From positions 32,792 to 96,791 of the forward strand of contig JBGAVQ010000001.1 of the NCBI GenBank assembly GCA_044228045.1: a stretch of DNA of 64,000 nucleotides, in the 5' to 3' direction. This stretch comes from Spirosomataceae bacterium (GTDB lineage: Bacteria > Bacteroidota > Bacteroidia > Cytophagales > Spirosomataceae). Below are positions 1-9,834 of the stretch, piece after piece (the first letter of the stretch is position 1; each line of letters opens with the position of its first letter). The notes below the pieces were generated by a model. It was given only the letters and a program-made list of their open reading frames with translations. It was not told the DNA's origin and did no database searches. The position numbers and the translations under genes are program-made.

Positions 1-211
1 CGAGCGATTGCAAGCCGACTTCTTTGGCAGCTTTGCAGAGGTCTTCAAACGGAATAGAACCATAGCACCAACGGCAAGCCGAGTGATTGATGCGGCCTTT
101 GAGGGCTGGTGGTAACGAAGCCTCAGCGGCCTCGAGGCGAGAAGCAAGGGGATTTGCCATAGCGAGTGTAGCTGCCAATGCAGTGTTTTTCAGTGCGTTG
201 CGACGATTCAT
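1..211 (-). CDS. sugar phosphate isomerase/epimerase (xylose isomerase-like TIM barrel, hydroxypyruvate isomerase-like), N-terminal fragment running off the window
   Basis: Hand translation of the minus strand from ATG at 211..209 gives MNRRNALKNTALAATLAMANPLASRLEAAEASLPPALKGRINHSACRWCYGSIPFEDLCKAAKEVGLQSL. It has a Tat-like RR signal followed by the N-terminal motif typical of this family. It is absent from the ORF track because there is no stop in the window. Confidence 0.5.
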   Translation of the reverse strand, partial: MNRRNALKNTALAATLAMANPLASRLEAAEASLPPALKGRINHSACRWCYGSIPFEDLCKAAKEVGLQSL

Positions 212-246
212 GTTTTGATTGAATAGGTTTAGTTTACAGAAATAGA

Positions 247-537
247 TTAAACAGTTGCCACCCTAAATGGCTTTACTTCTATTGTTTGCCAAATACCATT
301 CGTAATGTAAGGCTCGGTTTGATACCACTGATCAAAATCAGCTTGGGTTTCAAAGTCAAGTATCATTACAGAGCCAATCATCTTGCCTTCGTCTGACAAG
401 ATAGCCCCACCGATAATAAAATTTCCAGTGTCTTTCAATTTTTTGGCACCTGCCAAGTGCATTGGCCGTGCTGCCATGCGTCGGTCAATGGCTGTTTCGT
501 CAGTACCGTCGTAGGCATGAATAAGGTATTGGGGCAT
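247..537 (-). CDS. YciI family protein
   Basis: 96 aa. The length and the pattern MPQYLIHAYD...RPMHLAG...GGAIL...GSVMILDFE...PY...W..IEVKPFR are typical of YciI-like proteins. Confidence 0.75.
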   Translation of the reverse strand: MPQYLIHAYDGTDETAIDRRMAARPMHLAGAKKLKDTGNFIIGGAILSDEGKMIGSVMILDFETQADFDQWYQTEPYITNGIWQTIEVKPFRVATV

Positions 538-586
538 TGGGTATGGGCTTTGAGTTGTGCGAAAATATAAACTTTATCTCACCTTT

Positions 587-1891
587 TTATATTTTTGGGT
601 ATTCCCATCCTTTCCGATAGTCTCGGCGAAGCAACTTATTGGCCTCTTTGTCATTAAGAATGAGTTCTTTTTCGCCATCCCAATCAATACTTCGCCCTAA
701 TTTGTAAGATAACATCCCCAGCAATGCCATATTGGTAGAACGATGCCCAATTTCGATGTCACAAACCGAACGGCGATTTGTTTTGATGGCATCTAAAAAA
801 TCAGCCCATAGCTCGGCGATATTCTGATCGTCGGGCTTATTGAGCTTGGCATCTTCGTGGATAATTGGCTTATTTGGATTGGTTGGGTAAAATGTCCATC
901 CATCTATCCAGCCCTGATGAAATGTTCCTTCGGTACCATAAAAATAGCACCCAACAGCTTGTTGAGGATTAGTTTTTTCGGCATTATTGCCAGCAAACAT
1001 CCGATGTTCCCATTCTACTGTAAAATTCTCGAACTTCCAAACAGCTACTTGGTGGTCGGGGGCATCAGTATTATCTCGCCGGATGGCCCTTCCGCCAGTT
1101 GAGAATATTTTTTGTGGGTGTTTTTCTTCACTCCACCACAAAATCTGGTCAAGCCAATGAATGCCCCAATCGCCCAATTGCCCGTTGGCGTAGTCTAAGT
1201 ATTGCCTAAAACCCCGTGGGTGGATCTTGGTGTTAAACGGGCGCATTGGCGCAGGGCCGCACCAAGCATCCCAGTCGAGTCCTTTTGGTGGCTCGCTGTC
1301 GGGCGTTACTTCGCCAGCCCCACCACCATAATGCACAAAGGCCCGAACCATGCCTATTTTGCCTGCTTTGCCAGATTTCAAAAACTCCATACCCGACTTG
1401 TTGTGTGGCGAAACCCGTCGATGTGTACCCACTTGCACCACTCGGTTGTATTTGCGGGCGGCATTTACCATCGCTCGGCCCTCCATTACGGTATGGCCGA
1501 TGGGTTTTTCTACATACACATGCGCCCCCGACTCAATAGCTGCAATACAACAAAGTGGATGCCAATGATCAGGTGTAGCCACAATCACGATTTCGGGTTT
1601 TTCTTTGGCCAATAGTTCTCGGTAATCTCGGTAAATTTTGGGCTGGTCGCTGGTGAGTTTACTGAGTTCGGTAGTGGCTTTTTTGAGTTGGTTTTCGTCC
1701 ACGTCGCAGAGAGCCACTAATTTTGACTCACCCGCTTGAAGCGCACAGCGCAGGATGTTCATGCCCCACCAACCTGAGCCAATGAGGGCGGTTCTGTATG
1801 GTTGGGTTCGGCTAAGTGAAGTAATGAGTGGCATGGCCGAATATGCCACGCTGGCGGCAGATGATTTCAGTAGAAAATCACGACGATTCAT
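587..1891 (-). CDS. Gfo/Idh/MocA family oxidoreductase with twin-arginine signal
   Basis: 434 aa. Has an N-terminal MNRRDFLLKSSAAS Tat signal and a Rossmann motif LIGSGWWG followed by CDVD. Commonly paired with TIM-barrel isomerases such as the upstream partial gene. Confidence 0.85.
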   Translation of the reverse strand: MNRRDFLLKSSAASVAYSAMPLITSLSRTQPYRTALIGSGWWGMNILRCALQAGESKLVALCDVDENQLKKATTELSKLTSDQPKIYRDYRELLAKEKPEIVIVATPDHWHPLCCIAAIESGAHVYVEKPIGHTVMEGRAMVNAARKYNRVVQVGTHRRVSPHNKSGMEFLKSGKAGKIGMVRAFVHYGGGAGEVTPDSEPPKGLDWDAWCGPAPMRPFNTKIHPRGFRQYLDYANGQLGDWGIHWLDQILWWSEEKHPQKIFSTGGRAIRRDNTDAPDHQVAVWKFENFTVEWEHRMFAGNNAEKTNPQQAVGCYFYGTEGTFHQGWIDGWTFYPTNPNKPIIHEDAKLNKPDDQNIAELWADFLDAIKTNRRSVCDIEIGHRSTNMALLGMLSYKLGRSIDWDGEKELILNDKEANKLLRRDYRKGWEYPKI

Positions 1892-2095
1892 CGGTATAAA
1901 AAGGTTTTAGAGGAGATGCTCACAATGTTACTAAAAAATTGAGTTACTTGTGTTGTCAATCTAATTTTCCGCTTGGTTTCTATTTTTAATACTTGTTCTG
2001 GATACCACTGAACGATGAGGTATTCTGTTGGCTATTAACATATTAATAAAAAAGGGCAAGCCTCACCAGCTTGCCCTTTTGCAAAAAAATGATTC

Positions 2096-2695
2096 TTAAA
2101 ACTTGTAACTCACATACGCCTGAAAGCCAGCATTGCGAAGTTGGAACACATCCGAAAAGTTGAGGCTATTGCTGATTTTGAAGTCTTTGTTGATGTCGTT
2201 GAAACCCAACTGGTAGCGTCCACCAAGCGACATGCCATCGGTTACTTTGAGCTCAACACCAGCTACGCCGCTTACGTCCACTTTACGAAATACGTTATCA
2301 TAAGAAACCGAGAACAAGTCGTTCATAATACCGATGCGGGCATTGGCTAAGTAACTAACTTGTGGGCCAACCAATAGTGCAAATTTATCGTGCAATTGCA
2401 GTTTGGCCATCACAGGTGCTTGTATGTAATGCAAGCCTACGTTGCCAACGCCACCTACCTTGAAGCCTTGCATTGAATAGAGCAGTTCGGGTTGAATGCC
2501 AATTTTATCAGAAAGCGAGAGGTCGTTGATAACAATACCCGCATGAAAACCCTGCTTGGGTTGAAACAAATTGCCTGGTTCAGGCGATACAATTACATCG
2601 GACTGATTGAAGCCAGCTTTTAGTGAAAAACTTTGGGCGTTAGCAATAGTGGCAGCTACTACGAACATAAGGCTGAGGGCAAGGGTCTTTTTCAT
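2096..2695 (-). CDS. outer membrane beta-barrel protein (porin family)
   Basis: 199 aa with a signal peptide ending ANAQ, alternating amphipathic strands, and a C-terminal aromatic residue (SYKF). Confidence 0.7.
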   Translation of the reverse strand: MKKTLALSLMFVVAATIANAQSFSLKAGFNQSDVIVSPEPGNLFQPKQGFHAGIVINDLSLSDKIGIQPELLYSMQGFKVGGVGNVGLHYIQAPVMAKLQLHDKFALLVGPQVSYLANARIGIMNDLFSVSYDNVFRKVDVSGVAGVELKVTDGMSLGGRYQLGFNDINKDFKISNSLNFSDVFQLRNAGFQAYVSYKF

Positions 2696-2876
2696 TTTTT
2701 TAAAGATTTGTAGTTATTAGATGTCTGTTTAGGAATGAAAACTGTTTGGTGGAAAAATCAAAAACAATTCGTGAAATCCTCCCAATCGTTTTTCTATCTT
2801 TGAAACGACAAACCTGCCCAAAGGATAGTTAATAAAACGTTAAGTGATGTTAAGAAGTGTTAAATGCCCTTTTCTG

Positions 2877-4385
2877 ATGAAAAAAACGGTTCTTCTCCCC
2901 CTGTTTTTCCTCCTGTTTTCAGTTTCGGCCATTGCCCAAAAGAAGAAATCCGCAGCTCTTGACACTTATCAAGAGCTGGATAATTTTATGAGCCAAATGA
3001 TGACCGAATGGAAAATACCCGGTGCGGCCATTGCCATTGTGAAAGACGGCCAAGTGCTATACACCAAAGGCTATGGCATTAAGAATATACAAACCAAAGA
3101 GCCTGTAACCGAAAAAACCTTGTTCGGCATAGCTTCGTGTAGTAAGTCGTTTACGTCGGCGTGTTTGGCGATTTTGGCGGATGAAGGAAAATTAGATTGG
3201 AACAAGCCCGTGAAGGAGTATATGCCTGATTTTCAGCTCTATGACGAATACGCCACCCGTACCGTAACAGCACGAGAGCTGGTATCGCACCGAACGGGTC
3301 TGCCTCGCCACGACTTGCTGTGGAGTGGCAGCGGCCTGAACCGTAAACAATTGTTTGAAAAACTTAAGTATTTGCCGCCTTCTAAGCCTGTATTTGCTCA
3401 GTATCAATACAATAACTTAATGTACATGGCAGCAGGGGTGCTTATTGAGCGACTGTCTGGAAAGACATGGGAAGAGTTTATGAAAGAAAAAATAGTGACT
3501 CCCCTCAATATGAACCACACTGTATTGACGTATCCAGAAATGCTAAAAACCAGCGATTTCGCAAGTTCTTATGTAGAAAGAGCCGCCCAATTGGTAGAGG
3601 CTGGTTATTTTAGTAATGTAGATGCCATCGGCCCAGCGGGGGCTATCAAGTCAAACATGGTGGATATGGCTCATTGGTTGCAACTGCAACTCAACAACGG
3701 TAAATTTGAGAACAAGGTAGTGGTTTCGGAAAAAAACTTACGGGAAAATCATACACCTCAAACGGCGGTGTTTCCTGCAGAAGCCAAGTACCCAGAGTTG
3801 GGTTTTGCTACTTATGGCATGGGTTGGACACTCAACACCTACCGAGGACATTTGCGCCGCCAACACAATGGCTCTATTGAGGGCTATCGCTCACAAATGA
3901 CGATTTTCCCAAATGATAAATTGGGTATATTTATTACTACCAATACAGGTACAGCCGAGTATTATTTTGTAAATACTATCACGAACTATATTGTAGATAA
4001 GTGGCTCAATATGAATCAAATAGACTGGAATAGTAGATTTAAACAAGAACAAGCGGAAGGTAAAGCGGCTCAAGAAAAAGCTAAATTAGAGAACTTAGCC
4101 AAACGCCAGCCCAATGCGCCGCCTACACACACGTTTGAGTCATACGCAGGTACGTATGAGCATCCAGGTTATGGGCTTTTGACGCTACGCTTCAACGATG
4201 GGAGGCTCGTTGGTACATTACGAACGATGCCCATTAGCTTGCAGCATTATCACTACGATGTATTTGAAGGAACAGGTGCTTTTGATATGGTAAAGTTTAA
4301 CTTTGCTCCTGCTGTTAATGGAAACATTGAGCGAGTAGTAGCGAGTATTCCAAACGCTGGGGAAATAGAATTTAAGCGAAAGTAA
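2877..4385 (+). CDS. serine hydrolase, beta-lactamase/PBP4*-like family with C-terminal DUF3471-like domain
   Basis: The ORF 2844..4385 probably starts at MKKTVLLPLFF (2877). It has an SxxK motif (ASCSKSF) and a YxN motif (YQYNN). The C-terminal segment YAGTYEHPGYGLLTL is typical of the lipocalin-like tail. Confidence 0.8.
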   Translation: MKKTVLLPLFFLLFSVSAIAQKKKSAALDTYQELDNFMSQMMTEWKIPGAAIAIVKDGQVLYTKGYGIKNIQTKEPVTEKTLFGIASCSKSFTSACLAILADEGKLDWNKPVKEYMPDFQLYDEYATRTVTARELVSHRTGLPRHDLLWSGSGLNRKQLFEKLKYLPPSKPVFAQYQYNNLMYMAAGVLIERLSGKTWEEFMKEKIVTPLNMNHTVLTYPEMLKTSDFASSYVERAAQLVEAGYFSNVDAIGPAGAIKSNMVDMAHWLQLQLNNGKFENKVVVSEKNLRENHTPQTAVFPAEAKYPELGFATYGMGWTLNTYRGHLRRQHNGSIEGYRSQMTIFPNDKLGIFITTNTGTAEYYFVNTITNYIVDKWLNMNQIDWNSRFKQEQAEGKAAQEKAKLENLAKRQPNAPPTHTFESYAGTYEHPGYGLLTLRFNDGRLVGTLRTMPISLQHYHYDVFEGTGAFDMVKFNFAPAVNGNIERVVASIPNAGEIEFKRK

Positions 4386-4552
4386 AAACTATCTGATAAA
4401 CAGTGGGCTTATGTTTTATCATAAAGGATATCTAATTTTCAAAAGACCTCAAAAAGCCTTTCCGAAAAGTAGGCTACCCTCTTTTTTTATTTAATTTATT
4501 GATAATGAGTGCTTTAATGGGGTGATAATAAATAATGGTGAAAATAGTTTTC

Positions 4553-4700
4553 AAAAAACAGTGCTGCCATAGTTCCGAACTAAGGCTCTACATGAAACTT
4601 CTGGGACTCATCCACGGCAGCGGCCGACCATCCTGTTCCTTCGGAATACCTTCGCTCTGGCGATCAGAGTCTCCTCCTCGATGGAATGCCACAGGCAGAT
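4553..4700. ncRNA. candidate structured RNA or 3' UTR element (unclassified)
   Basis: A GC-rich block sits in an AT-rich convergent intergenic region. It contains nested helices: GCUGCC 4563-4568 with GGCAGC 4615-4620; CCAUC with GAUGG enclosing the hairpins UUCC/GGAA and CUCUG/CAGAG. Read on the minus strand, it ends in a stem followed by UUUUUU (plus-strand A-run 4553-4558). No reading frame is open across it. Confidence 0.3.
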
Positions 4701-4780
4701 AAAAACTTTTTCCTTACATACTGCTACTGTACAAGTAGGACTTATTAGCGGTGAAGTGATTATATTTAGTTTTTAAAGTA

Positions 4781-5800
4781 TTACCACATGTGTGTTGGGC
4801 ACAATATGCGCTGCTTATTGTTAAGCATAATGCCTACTACTACTTCATGGCTACCCTTCGCAACGGTGTTGATGTTTGACAATACATAATCATAAGAGTA
4901 GCCAATATTAACTAAGTAGCTGACATTGAGGCCAATCATGCCTACCACAGCATCTTTGTGCCGATACGAAGCACCCATCCAAAACCTGTCTCTAAAAAAC
5001 ATTTTGGCATTTACATCAAATGAAATTGGCGTGGGGCGAACGTATTTAACCATAAGAGAAGGCGCAAACGACCAGTCTTCGCTCAACTCAGCCCTATATC
5101 CTGCCGTTACAAAGTAATGAGTATAAAGCGTGCCGAGCCAACTATATTTGGTTAAATCGGCTTGGTAATTCAGTTTTTTAGAAACAATTTGATTTGCTGC
5201 CGCTCCCACATACCAGTTGCGGGTGTAGAGCCACGCACCAATATTGACATCTGGTTGTGTAGTGTTTACCTTGCCTTGTTGCACCACTTGGTCATTGGGA
5301 TTGGCCAAGGTAATTTTATCAAAGTCAAGGGTATGCTGCGTAAGCCCACCCGAAGCCCCAAGTGACAACTTCATTCCGTTATTGAGTGGCAAATGATAAG
5401 CATAACTAAGTGCAAACGAGGTGCGTGCAGTAGGCCCGGTTTTGTCACTAATCAGCATAGCACCTACACCATGATGCCCAGGCACTACTTGATACCGATT
5501 GTATGTAGATTTGGGGATATGCCTTCCGTTGCGTCCTCGCACGGGCAAAGCACCTACACTGGTGCGATCGGGTTTGTTGAGTGCACCATGCCCCGACAGA
5601 TAGAACGTAGTAGGCTCGCCTCCAAAGCCAGTCCATTGATTACGATACCCTGTTTTAATATCGATATAATCTTCAATTCCACTCAAAGCGGGGTTCAAAA
5701 CATAGCCGTTCATCATGTACTGGCTATAATGAGGCTTTTGCTGCGCACAAAGCCCCCCACTCCACAAAAATCCAATCAGAATCAATAAACGTTTTGGCAT
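4781..5800 (-). CDS. type IX secretion system membrane protein, PorP/SprF family
   Basis: Probable start at MPKRLLILIGFLW, with a signal peptide ending CAQQ. The QQKPHYSQYMMNGYVLNPALSG...YRNQW segment is the signature N-terminus of PorP/SprF proteins. Confidence 0.85.
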   Translation of the reverse strand: MPKRLLILIGFLWSGGLCAQQKPHYSQYMMNGYVLNPALSGIEDYIDIKTGYRNQWTGFGGEPTTFYLSGHGALNKPDRTSVGALPVRGRNGRHIPKSTYNRYQVVPGHHGVGAMLISDKTGPTARTSFALSYAYHLPLNNGMKLSLGASGGLTQHTLDFDKITLANPNDQVVQQGKVNTTQPDVNIGAWLYTRNWYVGAAANQIVSKKLNYQADLTKYSWLGTLYTHYFVTAGYRAELSEDWSFAPSLMVKYVRPTPISFDVNAKMFFRDRFWMGASYRHKDAVVGMIGLNVSYLVNIGYSYDYVLSNINTVAKGSHEVVVGIMLNNKQRILCPTHMW

Positions 5801-5956
5801 ATAGACAAAAAATGGATGCTGGTTTCGTACCAGCATCATAACGAAATTCTTGCCCTAAAATTAAGCGTTAATTGAAACTTTATTATGTTTTCATTGATTT
5901 CTTTCGGCAAGCGACCATTTATTCATCGTTAGTGTGGGTCAAATTATCACTTGAGC

Positions 5957-6619
5957 CTACTTGGTAGCGGCTCTTTTGAGCCGAGCAGCTTTGTTAAGGA
6001 AATAAATACCCGCCCAAAACGACCCCACTGTCAGGAGGGCATACAACACGATTTCTAAGGCTGGTGAACCACAGCTAATAGCACAAATAAGTATTGAGCC
6101 AAAGAATATACCAGCCAACAATAGTAAAATTCCCCCTACTATTAAGCCAGTATTATTTGGCTTACTTTGTGGACTTGCCTGTTTTTTATAGGCTTTCCAC
6201 TGTTTTTTTAGCTCATGCCGTAGCTGTTTTTTACTGACAGGCTGGCTAACTTGGTGTGTGCCCTCCGAAGTCCACGCTATCGAGGTAGCGGTAGTAGGGT
6301 TAAGGCGTTGTTGTAAAATGTTTCCAAAAACCAAGGATAATACAAATGTGCAAGCAAACAGCAATCGGGTACTTTTTTGGCGTAACCGAAGCTCACGCTC
6401 TTTGCTTAAGACTGGGGCTTTTTGGTAATAGTTGTTTTGCAGGGCAATTACCCCCAATACAATAGCTACCACGATTATATCCAATAAGCGTTCGTTGATA
6501 ACAGGCAATATCACTCGCCCCAGCCTGATACCAAAAGCTATTTCAAAAATCCCTATCAACACAATGCACCCGATGGCAAGCCGGGGATGGTTTTTTGCCC
6601 AAAGCGGAAGCGTTTTCAT
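5957..6619 (-). CDS. hypothetical polytopic membrane protein
   Basis: 220 aa with several hydrophobic helices and a basic central linker. No family recognised. Same strand as, and immediately upstream of, the PorP/SprF gene. Confidence 0.6.
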   Translation of the reverse strand: MKTLPLWAKNHPRLAIGCIVLIGIFEIAFGIRLGRVILPVINERLLDIIVVAIVLGVIALQNNYYQKAPVLSKERELRLRQKSTRLLFACTFVLSLVFGNILQQRLNPTTATSIAWTSEGTHQVSQPVSKKQLRHELKKQWKAYKKQASPQSKPNNTGLIVGGILLLLAGIFFGSILICAISCGSPALEIVLYALLTVGSFWAGIYFLNKAARLKRAATK

Positions 6620-6757
6620 ATCGGTAAGGGTTATTTTTAGGAAAGCTATTAGATTTTCGGATAATTGTCAATAAAATCTTGAAAAAATTCAAACTATCTT
6701 GCTTATAGAAACGAAGCGAATGTTTACAAATCATTTCTCATTACTCACAAAAAACGC

Positions 6758-6765
6758 TAATTTTG
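6758..6765 (+). promoter_or_regulatory. candidate Bacteroidota -7 promoter box (TAATTTTG) for aspS
   Basis: Exact match to TAnnTTTG, about 85 nt upstream of the aspS ATG. Confidence 0.35.
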
Positions 6766-6850
6766 CAAACTTTTGTAGCACCGACCTCTGGTCGGTATAG
6801 TCAGTATATTTGTTTTAACTACGAACTGGACGTTCGTGCCACTTAATATT

Positions 6851-8599
6851 ATGCTCAGAACACACACTTGCGGCGAGTTACGAATCTCTGATACCAATAA
6901 AAAAGTTACCCTTTGCGGCTGGGTACAACGTAGCCGTGACAAAGGCGGAATGCTCTGGATTGACCTTCGTGATCGCTATGGCCTTACGCAATTGATTTTG
7001 GAAGAAGGCAAAACGCCCAAAGCAGTACTCGACACGGCTCGTTCGTTGGGGCGTGAATTCGTTATTTCAGCAACTGGAACGGTAATCGAACGTTTTTCTA
7101 AAAATGATAAAATTGCAACAGGTGATATAGAAGTAAGAATTGAAAGCCTGCAAATTCTGAATTCGGCTAAACTGCCTCCATTCTTGATAGAAGACGATAC
7201 CGACGGTGGCGACGACCTGCGCATGAAATATCGGTACTTAGATTTGCGCCGTAACCCTGTTCGTAACAACTTACAATTGCGCCACAAAATGGCACAGGCA
7301 ACTCGTGCGTATTTGGACGGGCAAGATTTTATTGAGGTAGAAACACCCGTACTCATCAAGTCCACGCCCGAAGGCGCACGTGACTTTGTAGTGCCAAGCC
7401 GCATGAATCCAGGCGAATTTTACGCCTTGCCGCAGTCGCCACAAACATTCAAGCAACTGTTGATGGTATCAGGTTTTGACCGTTACTTCCAGATTGTCAA
7501 GTGTTTTCGTGACGAAGACCTTCGTGCCGACCGCCAGCCTGAGTTTACACAAATAGACTGCGAGATGTCGTTTATTACCCAAGAAGACATCCTCCAAATG
7601 TTTGAAGGCTTGGTACGCCACTTGTTCAAAAGTGTGAAGGGTTTAGACCTACCCGAAATCCCTCGTATGACCTACGACAATGCCATGCGCCTCTATGGCA
7701 GCGACAAGCCTGATATTCGTTTTGGAATGCAGTTTGTTGAACTCAACGACGTAGCCAAACACAAAGAGTTTAATGTGTTTAACGAAGCCGAACTCGTGGT
7801 AGGCATTTGCGCTAAGGGCTGTGCCGACTATACCCGCAAGCAAGTGGACGAACTGACAGAGTTTGTCAAGCGTCCACAAGTAGGTGCAAAAGGCTTGGTT
7901 TATGCACGATATAATGCCGATGGTACACTAAAATCATCGGTTGATAAGTTTTATAGTGAAGAAGATTTGAAATTGTGGGCAGCAAAATTTGGTGCTGAAA
8001 AAGGCGATTTAATGCTGATTTTGAGTGGAACAGCTGATAAAGTTCGCAAACAATTGAACGAACTCCGCCTCGAAATGGGTAGTCGCTTAGGTTTACGTAA
8101 CCCAAGTGATTATAAAGTGCTATGGGTATTGGACTTTCCGTTGTTAGAATATGGTGAGGAAGAGAACCGCTGGTTTGCCATGCACCACCCGTTCACAAGT
8201 CCAAAGCCCGAAGACATCCCATTGCTTGATACCGACCTCGGTAGTGTGCGAGCCAATGCCTACGACATGGTTATCAACGGCGTAGAAGTAGGAGGGGGCT
8301 CTATTCGGATTTTCCAACGTGAATTGCAGTCAAAAATGTTTGAGATTTTGGGCTTTACACCCGAAGAAGCCAAAAAACAGTTTGGCTTTTTGATGGATGC
8401 CTTTGAGTTTGGCGCACCACCACACGGCGGCATCGCCTTTGGCTTTGACCGCCTATGTTCGTTGTTTGGGGGTGTTGATTCCATTAGAGATTTCATTGCC
8501 TTCCCCAAAAACAACTCAGGCCGTGATGTAATGATAGACTCGCCTTCAACTATTGCCGATGCGCAGTTGAATGAATTGAAGATAAAAGTAGCCTTGTAA
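6851..8599 (+). CDS. aspS: aspartate--tRNA ligase
   Basis: Starts at the [11 protein letters not shown] consensus. Class II motifs are present ([34 protein letters not shown]). About 582 aa. Confidence 0.97.
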   Translation: MLRTHTCGELRISDTNKKVTLCGWVQRSRDKGGMLWIDLRDRYGLTQLILEEGKTPKAVLDTARSLGREFVISATGTVIERFSKNDKIATGDIEVRIESLQILNSAKLPPFLIEDDTDGGDDLRMKYRYLDLRRNPVRNNLQLRHKMAQATRAYLDGQDFIEVETPVLIKSTPEGARDFVVPSRMNPGEFYALPQSPQTFKQLLMVSGFDRYFQIVKCFRDEDLRADRQPEFTQIDCEMSFITQEDILQMFEGLVRHLFKSVKGLDLPEIPRMTYDNAMRLYGSDKPDIRFGMQFVELNDVAKHKEFNVFNEAELVVGICAKGCADYTRKQVDELTEFVKRPQVGAKGLVYARYNADGTLKSSVDKFYSEEDLKLWAAKFGAEKGDLMLILSGTADKVRKQLNELRLEMGSRLGLRNPSDYKVLWVLDFPLLEYGEEENRWFAMHHPFTSPKPEDIPLLDTDLGSVRANAYDMVINGVEVGGGSIRIFQRELQSKMFEILGFTPEEAKKQFGFLMDAFEFGAPPHGGIAFGFDRLCSLFGGVDSIRDFIAFPKNNSGRDVMIDSPSTIADAQLNELKIKVAL

Positions 8600-8618
8600 A
8601 TAACGAACTACTAACTAT

Positions 8619-8648
8619 CCTGAGCAGATGTAGGTCTGCTCAGGTTTT
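8619..8648 (+). terminator. intrinsic terminator after aspS
   Basis: CCTGAGCAG-loop-CTGCTCAGG followed by TTTT. Confidence 0.7.
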
Positions 8649-8658
8649 CAATACCTCA

Positions 8659-9210
8659 ATGCCTTTTAAACTTTTGTTGGTTGCTTTTTTTGGATTTTTT
8701 GCCTCAGGTGCCTTTGCCCAAAAAGATTTAGACCTACCCCCTGACAAACTCCCTATTCCGCCAGCTTCGCCTGTTCGGTTGTTCATTATTCAGCGTAATA
8801 CAACAACCAATACAGTGGTTTATGATGGTAATTTGTTACCTACCAAAAAACTACATCCTGACTTGCCCGTAAGGGTTTATTGGATTCGATATGGCGAAAA
8901 AGGACAAAAACAAGAGTTGAGTGCCATTCAACGCAACCTTGCGTATGGCTATGATTCAACACCAATCGCCAAAGAACCAGGTAGCTACGACTTCAACATC
9001 ATTTCATATCGAAAACGACGATTCAAAATCACCCTCGACGACGAGGGCAACCCAATGGCTCTGTTTCCTATTGCTGGACGAATGCAGAAACTCCAAAGGA
9101 TTTATATCAAATTAGAAGAAAATGGGTTCTTCCCAAAGCTCATTTATGTAGAACTTTTTGGCAAAGACCCCAAAACAGGTGCCGATGCTTATGAGCGGTT
9201 TAAGCCGTAA
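8659..9210 (+). CDS. DUF4833-like secreted protein
   Basis: 183 aa with a signal peptide. The LFIIQRNTTTNTVVYD segment and the overall size resemble DUF4833 proteins of Bacteroidota. Assignment is from memory. Confidence 0.55.
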   Translation: MPFKLLLVAFFGFFASGAFAQKDLDLPPDKLPIPPASPVRLFIIQRNTTTNTVVYDGNLLPTKKLHPDLPVRVYWIRYGEKGQKQELSAIQRNLAYGYDSTPIAKEPGSYDFNIISYRKRRFKITLDDEGNPMALFPIAGRMQKLQRIYIKLEENGFFPKLIYVELFGKDPKTGADAYERFKP

Positions 9211-9700
9211 GTAGCTCTATAATGGGCAATAAGTCAGGGAATAGCAATTGTAGCTGCTCACGAGTACCCAATTCAAAATCAGCGAAGTCGAACCCCGGAG
9301 CAACCGTACAACCCACCAAGGAGTAACTATCTGGCTCACAGGGCTTTGCGCCAAACCAACAACCTGCTGGTACCACTGCCTGAAATACCTCTCCATTTGT
9401 AGGATTATCTCCCAGTCTAATAATTTGTAAGTTACCATCGTTAGTAATCACATACACATTGAGTGGACAACCGGCATAAAAATGCCAGATTTCGTCGGAC
9501 TGAATGCGATGTAGGGTAGAGAAATGATGGCTTTCAAGCAAGAAATAAATGGCCGTGCCCAAGCTCCGATTCCCCGAAAATCGGCTTGGCAAGGCTTCGT
9601 GCGCTACTTGCTCGGCAGAGCGATAAGTTTCTACAAAATAACCGCCTTCTGGGTGGGTTTGCATCCCCAATGTTTCGACCCAATAACTAACTGTTTGCAT
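9200..9700 (-). CDS. cupin domain protein (DUF985 family)
   Basis: 166 aa. The LGMQTHPEGGYFVETYRS...IYFLL...SHFHRL-like pattern is typical of DUF985 cupins. Confidence 0.8.
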   Translation of the reverse strand: MQTVSYWVETLGMQTHPEGGYFVETYRSAEQVAHEALPSRFSGNRSLGTAIYFLLESHHFSTLHRIQSDEIWHFYAGCPLNVYVITNDGNLQIIRLGDNPTNGEVFQAVVPAGCWFGAKPCEPDSYSLVGCTVAPGFDFADFELGTREQLQLLFPDLLPIIELLTA

Positions 9701-9834
9701 AGAAAATGAATTGAACTGTCTGCTAACCCTGATATGCCATCGGGGTTGAGTGGTTTTGCGTCTCCGACGCTAATTTATTACATTTTGGCATGAATTCTGA
9801 TTATGGATTTACTGTTACCCAAACAGATGGAACA

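Noticed and set aside
4561-4700. Possible SRP (4.5S) RNA or TPP riboswitch. The minus strand has UUCCGAAGGAACAGGAUGG and AUGUAG, resembling the E. coli 4.5S segments CCGGAAGGAAGCAGCCAAGG and GGGAUGUAGC. CUCUGAUCGCCAGAGCGAAGG vaguely resembles the TPP P4/P5 region.
   Set aside because: The invariant GGAA tetraloop with AGCAGC context of SRP domain IV is not present, and the element does not fold as one long hairpin. The TPP CUGAGA box is absent and there is no downstream gene to regulate. It is kept only as an unclassified structured element.
6766-6850. Two hairpins in the aspS leader (ACCGACC-TCT-GGTCGGT at 6780-6796; ACGAAC-TGGAC-GTTCGT at about 6821-6837), considered as a T-box or attenuator.
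   Set aside because: There is no T-box sequence or specifier architecture and no T-run after either hairpin. These are ordinary leader structures at best.
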